A program made the translations under genes and the position numbers. Shown here one piece after another: positions 60,779 to 64,000 of a stretch of DNA of 64,000 nucleotides. Position 1 is the first letter of the stretch; each line of letters opens with the position of its first letter. Below the pieces are notes generated by a model. It saw only the letters and a program-made list of their open reading frames with translations, did no database searches and was not told the DNA's origin. The stretch is from a virus. The DNA is taken from positions 1 to 64,000 of the IMG/VR virus record IMGVR_UViG_3300028377_000007, one strand, 5' to 3'.

Positions 60779-61019
60779 TTTCTTGTTTTATTATTTTGTC
60801 GTCGAACCATTCCCAGTTTTTTGAGAAAATTGGTATTTCCTTGTCCAATTCATCTTTGTAAATTGCCGATCCGCGTTTAATATGGGTTGCTAGATCGTTC
60901 CAGTTTTTGCCACTTTTTTGAAAAATCAATTCCTGTAATTCATCTGTGTTTTTATTATTGCATTCTTTGTGGCGTAATTTATCTGCCCAATTTTGCATTT
61001 TTTCTTTACTCGCTCTCAT
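60771..61019 (-). pseudogene. C-terminal relic of a Thg1-like tRNA-His guanylyltransferase
   Basis: HKE..NKN..ELQELIFQKSG.NWND.....KRG.....EIPIF; catalytic N-terminal domain absent. Confidence 0.65.
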
Positions 61020-61021
61020 TT

Positions 61022-61310
61022 CTAATACGCTATCGATTTTTTAACCTTTGTCAATGCTTTTCCCAAAAGATTTTGCCCATCCCAATTTTTGGAATCACAG
61101 TGAATTTCAGAAATATAATCCAATCCAATCCCTATCCCCCAAATTTTATCAATCGGCGATGCCTCTACAAATTCATCCCCCGAATTTATGAGAATTTTTC
61201 TTAGATGAGGATTCTGCGTGAACTTCAATAAATTCCCATAAAAAACAATCTTTTCTTTATGATTATCCCATGTTGATTGTTTGTAATCAAAAATTTGCCG
61301 CCCTATTCTC
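61022..61310 (-). pseudogene. N-terminally truncated NADAR (YbiA-like) protein
   Basis: RIGRQI......WD.....IV..GN..KF.QN..L...L......VEASP.D.IWGIG...W.GQNLLG; in-frame stop upstream and no N-terminal half. Confidence 0.85.
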
Positions 61311-61405
61311 CATTATGCGACCTTGCCTCAATTACATCAATTTTGTTTTGATTTGTTGAACAACCTATGACCGCAAATAATAATGTTAGTATAATATATT
61401 TCATT

Positions 61406-62776
61406 TTAAGTATATAGTTTGTAATAATAGTTTTCTTTTCCGCAAATTGATACTTTTATTTTTTTCTTTTTTATTCCGCCATACATTGATGATTTTTTTT
61501 CAATCATTGGCGCATACCCAACAACTCCGATTCCCGACGATGATTTAGAGGATTTTATATTTTTAGAAATTAAGAATTCCTGTAAATCGCTTGTGTTATT
61601 GCCATAAAATCTAGAGTTAAAAATATATTCTCCGTTGTCCAACAAATACACAATAGCTCTATTTTTTAATATGTGTCTATTTAATCTGCCGAACCTTCTT
61701 GTTTTTTCTGATACTTCGCCGCATATATAAACTCCTTTAATAAAAGAAAGAAATATCGGCGCATTAGAATTGCAACCACTACTTGAATAACAGCTCGTCC
61801 AACCATCGCCAAGATTCGACATATTTATCTTGTATAAAACATCATTCGTTATGATATACTTTTTATCATTAAATTTATAAAACTTTTGATCTAATTCAAA
61901 GTCTTCTAATTCATAAGTTTTTAGAATATATTTTATATTATTCTTTTTTCTGGATAAATATTGTTTTAGAATGTCTATCTGTTTTTTTTGTTGTATTATT
62001 TTCTTTGAGCTTGTCGGGATTTTTAATTTTGAAAATTCTAGTAGCCCATTTAAAGAATCTTCATTTTTTTGAAATCTTGCTGCTCGTATTTTTCTTTTTG
62101 TTTTTCTTCCAACATGAATTTCTGAATCAACTTTTATGCCAGTGATATTTCGCCTTCCGTATTTTGAGCTTTGGAAGTGTATTTTCTTTTTATTGGATTT
62201 AAAGCCCACTTTAGAAATTATATTTGGAATATTATTTTTTAAAAATTCAAAAATTGTTTTTTCAGAATGATCTACTAAGAATTTTTCATTTTCACTTTCT
62301 TTGTATGAAAAAGATAAATCATCTGCGTATCTTGTATAAACAATATCTAATTTATGTTTTTTAATAAACCGCAAAATAGCCCGATCTAATTTCAAGGCTG
62401 CTATATTTGCCACAAGTGGGCTTGTCGGCAATCCCTGCCTCGGCGCTAAGTCTATAAAACATTTATTTATTAAATCGTCGCTTATTAATTGTTTAACCAT
62501 ATTTGGTTTTACCGAATCAAAAAAATCTGTCAAATCAAAATTAACAGTGTAATCATATCCTTTGTGGCAAATAGAATTTGTTATAATTGATCTTTTTGGG
62601 ATAAAGCCGTGAACTATAATGTTCTTTGTTGCCCCTAAAATAATCTTTTCTTGCGCGAAAAAACATTCTTCTAGTTCTGAGAGATATTCTTGGTATTTGT
62701 AAGATTCAGAACCAGACAATGAATATATCGTTCTATATTCTCCCTTTGTTTTTTTTGGTATTTTTATTATTTTCAT
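61406..62776 (-). CDS. retron-type reverse transcriptase with a ~190-aa C-terminal extra domain
   Basis: IPKK..G.YR.I, HGF...RS...NSICH (region X NAxxH), DL.DFF.S, QGLPTSP..AN, YTRYADD, ITG (region Y VTG). Confidence 0.9.
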   Translation of the reverse strand: MKIIKIPKKTKGEYRTIYSLSGSESYKYQEYLSELEECFFAQEKIILGATKNIIVHGFIPKRSIITNSICHKGYDYTVNFDLTDFFDSVKPNMVKQLISDDLINKCFIDLAPRQGLPTSPLVANIAALKLDRAILRFIKKHKLDIVYTRYADDLSFSYKESENEKFLVDHSEKTIFEFLKNNIPNIISKVGFKSNKKKIHFQSSKYGRRNITGIKVDSEIHVGRKTKRKIRAARFQKNEDSLNGLLEFSKLKIPTSSKKIIQQKKQIDILKQYLSRKKNNIKYILKTYELEDFELDQKFYKFNDKKYIITNDVLYKINMSNLGDGWTSCYSSSGCNSNAPIFLSFIKGVYICGEVSEKTRRFGRLNRHILKNRAIVYLLDNGEYIFNSRFYGNNTSDLQEFLISKNIKSSKSSSGIGVVGYAPMIEKKSSMYGGIKKKKIKVSICGKENYYYKLYT

Positions 62777-62798
62777 TCGCTATTCGCGAATAGCGAAT

Positions 62799-62985
62799 TA
62801 AGAATTTTTATATGCTATAATAACTATATTAAATATATAATTAGGCGGAGCGATTAATAGTGTAGAATAATTATATATTTAATATAGTTATTATAACAAA
62901 ATACATCGTAAAACTTTAATAAGCCGAGCTAGACGATAACATCTAAGGCAATAAAGTCTCCTTTTATTCCATATAAATTTATTCC
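62799..62985 (-). ncRNA. putative retron msr-msd RNA
   Basis: Imperfect hairpin 62913-62957 (msr-like), perfect 28-bp inverted repeat 62816-62843/62868-62895 (msd-like), flanking TTTATATG/CATATAAA pairing (a2/a1-like), directly upstream of the RT. Confidence 0.65.
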
Positions 62986-63158
62986 TTGTTGATTATTTTT
63001 AACATCTTGTCCTTTTCTGAAAAAGAAAGCTTACAGTTAGAATTAATAAATTGCGTATACTGCCAATCTTCCATAAAAACTGGTATTTTTTTAGATAGAT
63101 CTTTTCTGCCTAGTGACGACAAGAAGATCTTTAATTTTTTTTGTTTATTTGCTGACAT
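62979..63158 (-). CDS. 59-aa protein heading the RT operon (not in the ORF track)
   Basis: MSANKQKKLKIFLSSLGRKDLSKKIPVFMEDWQYTQFINSNCKLSFSEKDKMLKIINKE; TTGACT 29 nt upstream. Confidence 0.65.
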   Translation of the reverse strand: MSANKQKKLKIFLSSLGRKDLSKKIPVFMEDWQYTQFINSNCKLSFSEKDKMLKIINKE

Positions 63159-63200
63159 GGTTTGTATATTGCTGTTTTTTTTGAAGGAGTCAAGAGAGAA

Positions 63201-63740
63201 TTAACGATATTCTTCTTTAAAAAGTCTCCATTTTTTTGAGTCGATTTCTTTTTCGCCGCTGTCGATTTTTCTAATTACCTCAATAGCATCTACCACAGAA
63301 GAGTAAATATAATTATGTTGAAGCATCCAAAAAATCCAAAAAGGGCATTCCTTCTTTCCTTCTCCCCAAACAAAGAATATAGGTTTTTGGCATCTGTTAG
63401 CCCAAGATAATTCTTCTATTGTACCAATGGTAAAAGTTTTTTTCTCGAATACGCAAAGAACAAAATCACAGCGATCAATTAATGCTAAATCCTGTCGGCG
63501 AATATCTTTATAATCTGCAATTTTTTCATACTGCTCATTTTCACGGTATTGTTTTAGTAGATCATGTGTTTCGCTACTTTCTTCAATAAATCCTTCGTAT
63601 GGTCTATTATAATGGTCCCATACAACAATATTCATTTTTGATAATTCTTTTTTTATCTCTTGTCTTAATTGTTTGCCCCTTTCATTATCAGACTCCATTG
63701 GCCCAATGACTACTGTTTTTGTATTTTTTAATTTGTTCAT
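63201..63740 (-). CDS. nucleoside 2-deoxyribosyltransferase-like protein
   Basis: VIGPME, DLALIDRCDF, GTIEEL..A....KP. Confidence 0.8.
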   Translation of the reverse strand: MNKLKNTKTVVIGPMESDNERGKQLRQEIKKELSKMNIVVWDHYNRPYEGFIEESSETHDLLKQYRENEQYEKIADYKDIRRQDLALIDRCDFVLCVFEKKTFTIGTIEELSWANRCQKPIFFVWGEGKKECPFWIFWMLQHNYIYSSVVDAIEVIRKIDSGEKEIDSKKWRLFKEEYR

Positions 63741-64000
63741 TTGTTAAAAGTAAAACCTCTCCATTCTTCTCTAATATTTTTTTCTTCAATAAAAAGAAAA
63801 TTTGCAGGAATTTTTGTTCCACTCAAAACTCTACCATCTTTATCATAATAAGGCGTAGTAGAACCTTTCCTTGAGTTACATCTTTTGCAAGTCAAAGTTA
63901 AATTGTTAGAAATATTTGTACCATGATTTGATTTTGGATCAACGTGTTCAATAGTCAATTTGCTTCTAGGAAACTTTCCCCAACAAAGCTGGCAAGTATT
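63737..64000 (-). CDS. HNH endonuclease (5' end outside the window)
   Basis: CQLC...LTIEHV.P.S..G.N...NL..TC.RCN.RKG. Confidence 0.85.
   Translation of the reverse strand, partial: NTCQLCWGKFPRSKLTIEHVDPKSNHGTNISNNLTLTCKRCNSRKGSTTPYYDKDGRVLSGTKIPANFLFIEEKNIREEWRGFTFNK

Noticed and set aside
61406-62776. DGR or group II intron RT
   Set aside because: No TR/VR pair with adenine-specific differences, no avd, and no domain V or maturase features. The motifs are retron-type.
63201-63740. NDT as a type II-A retron effector of the nearby RT
   Set aside because: It lies upstream of the RT unit's own promoter, is coupled to the HNH gene, lacks an obvious DNA-binding extension, and NDTs are common in large phages. 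Not fully excluded; synteny in homologs would decide.

Overview
AT-rich, gene-dense segment of a large (jumbo-type) lytic bacteriophage genome, with almost all genes on the minus strand. No capsid, tail or terminase genes are visible. Indirect hints (an SHD1-domain protein and the style of an attC site) suggest a PVC-superphylum host, probably Verrucomicrobiota. The left ~23 kb is an early/host-takeover region of many small genes (DUF932, lysozyme-like, HicA-like, RadC, SprT, LPD11, methyltransferases, RuvB-like) plus three tRNAs. More than 20 genes, most of them in this region, have their own sigma70-type TTGAC(A/T) box 28-32 nt (mostly 29-30) upstream of the ATG, which predicts leaderless mRNAs. 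The right ~41 kb holds rIIA/rIIB; DNA repair and modification genes (UvsE, ligase, Dcm, Dam-like); a tRNA/RNA repair kit (RNase Z, CCA enzyme, Rnl1, Rnl2, PNK); a complete deamidated NAD salvage route (PncA, PncB, NadM-Nudix, Gln-dependent NadE); a kinase/PP2C/MoxR/vWA cluster; and an IS607-TnpB element carrying a methyltransferase cargo, with two relic copies elsewhere. The most unusual items are: (1) a phage-encoded retron-type reverse transcriptase fused to an unknown C-terminal domain and preceded by a structured non-coding region with a perfect 28-bp, nearly all-A/T stem; (2) the four-step NAD pathway, which differs from NARP1/NARP2; (3) an integron gene cassette with its attC inserted at a GATAT secondary site; (4) the leaderless promoter architecture. 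All product calls come from motif recognition by eye; no database searches were run.
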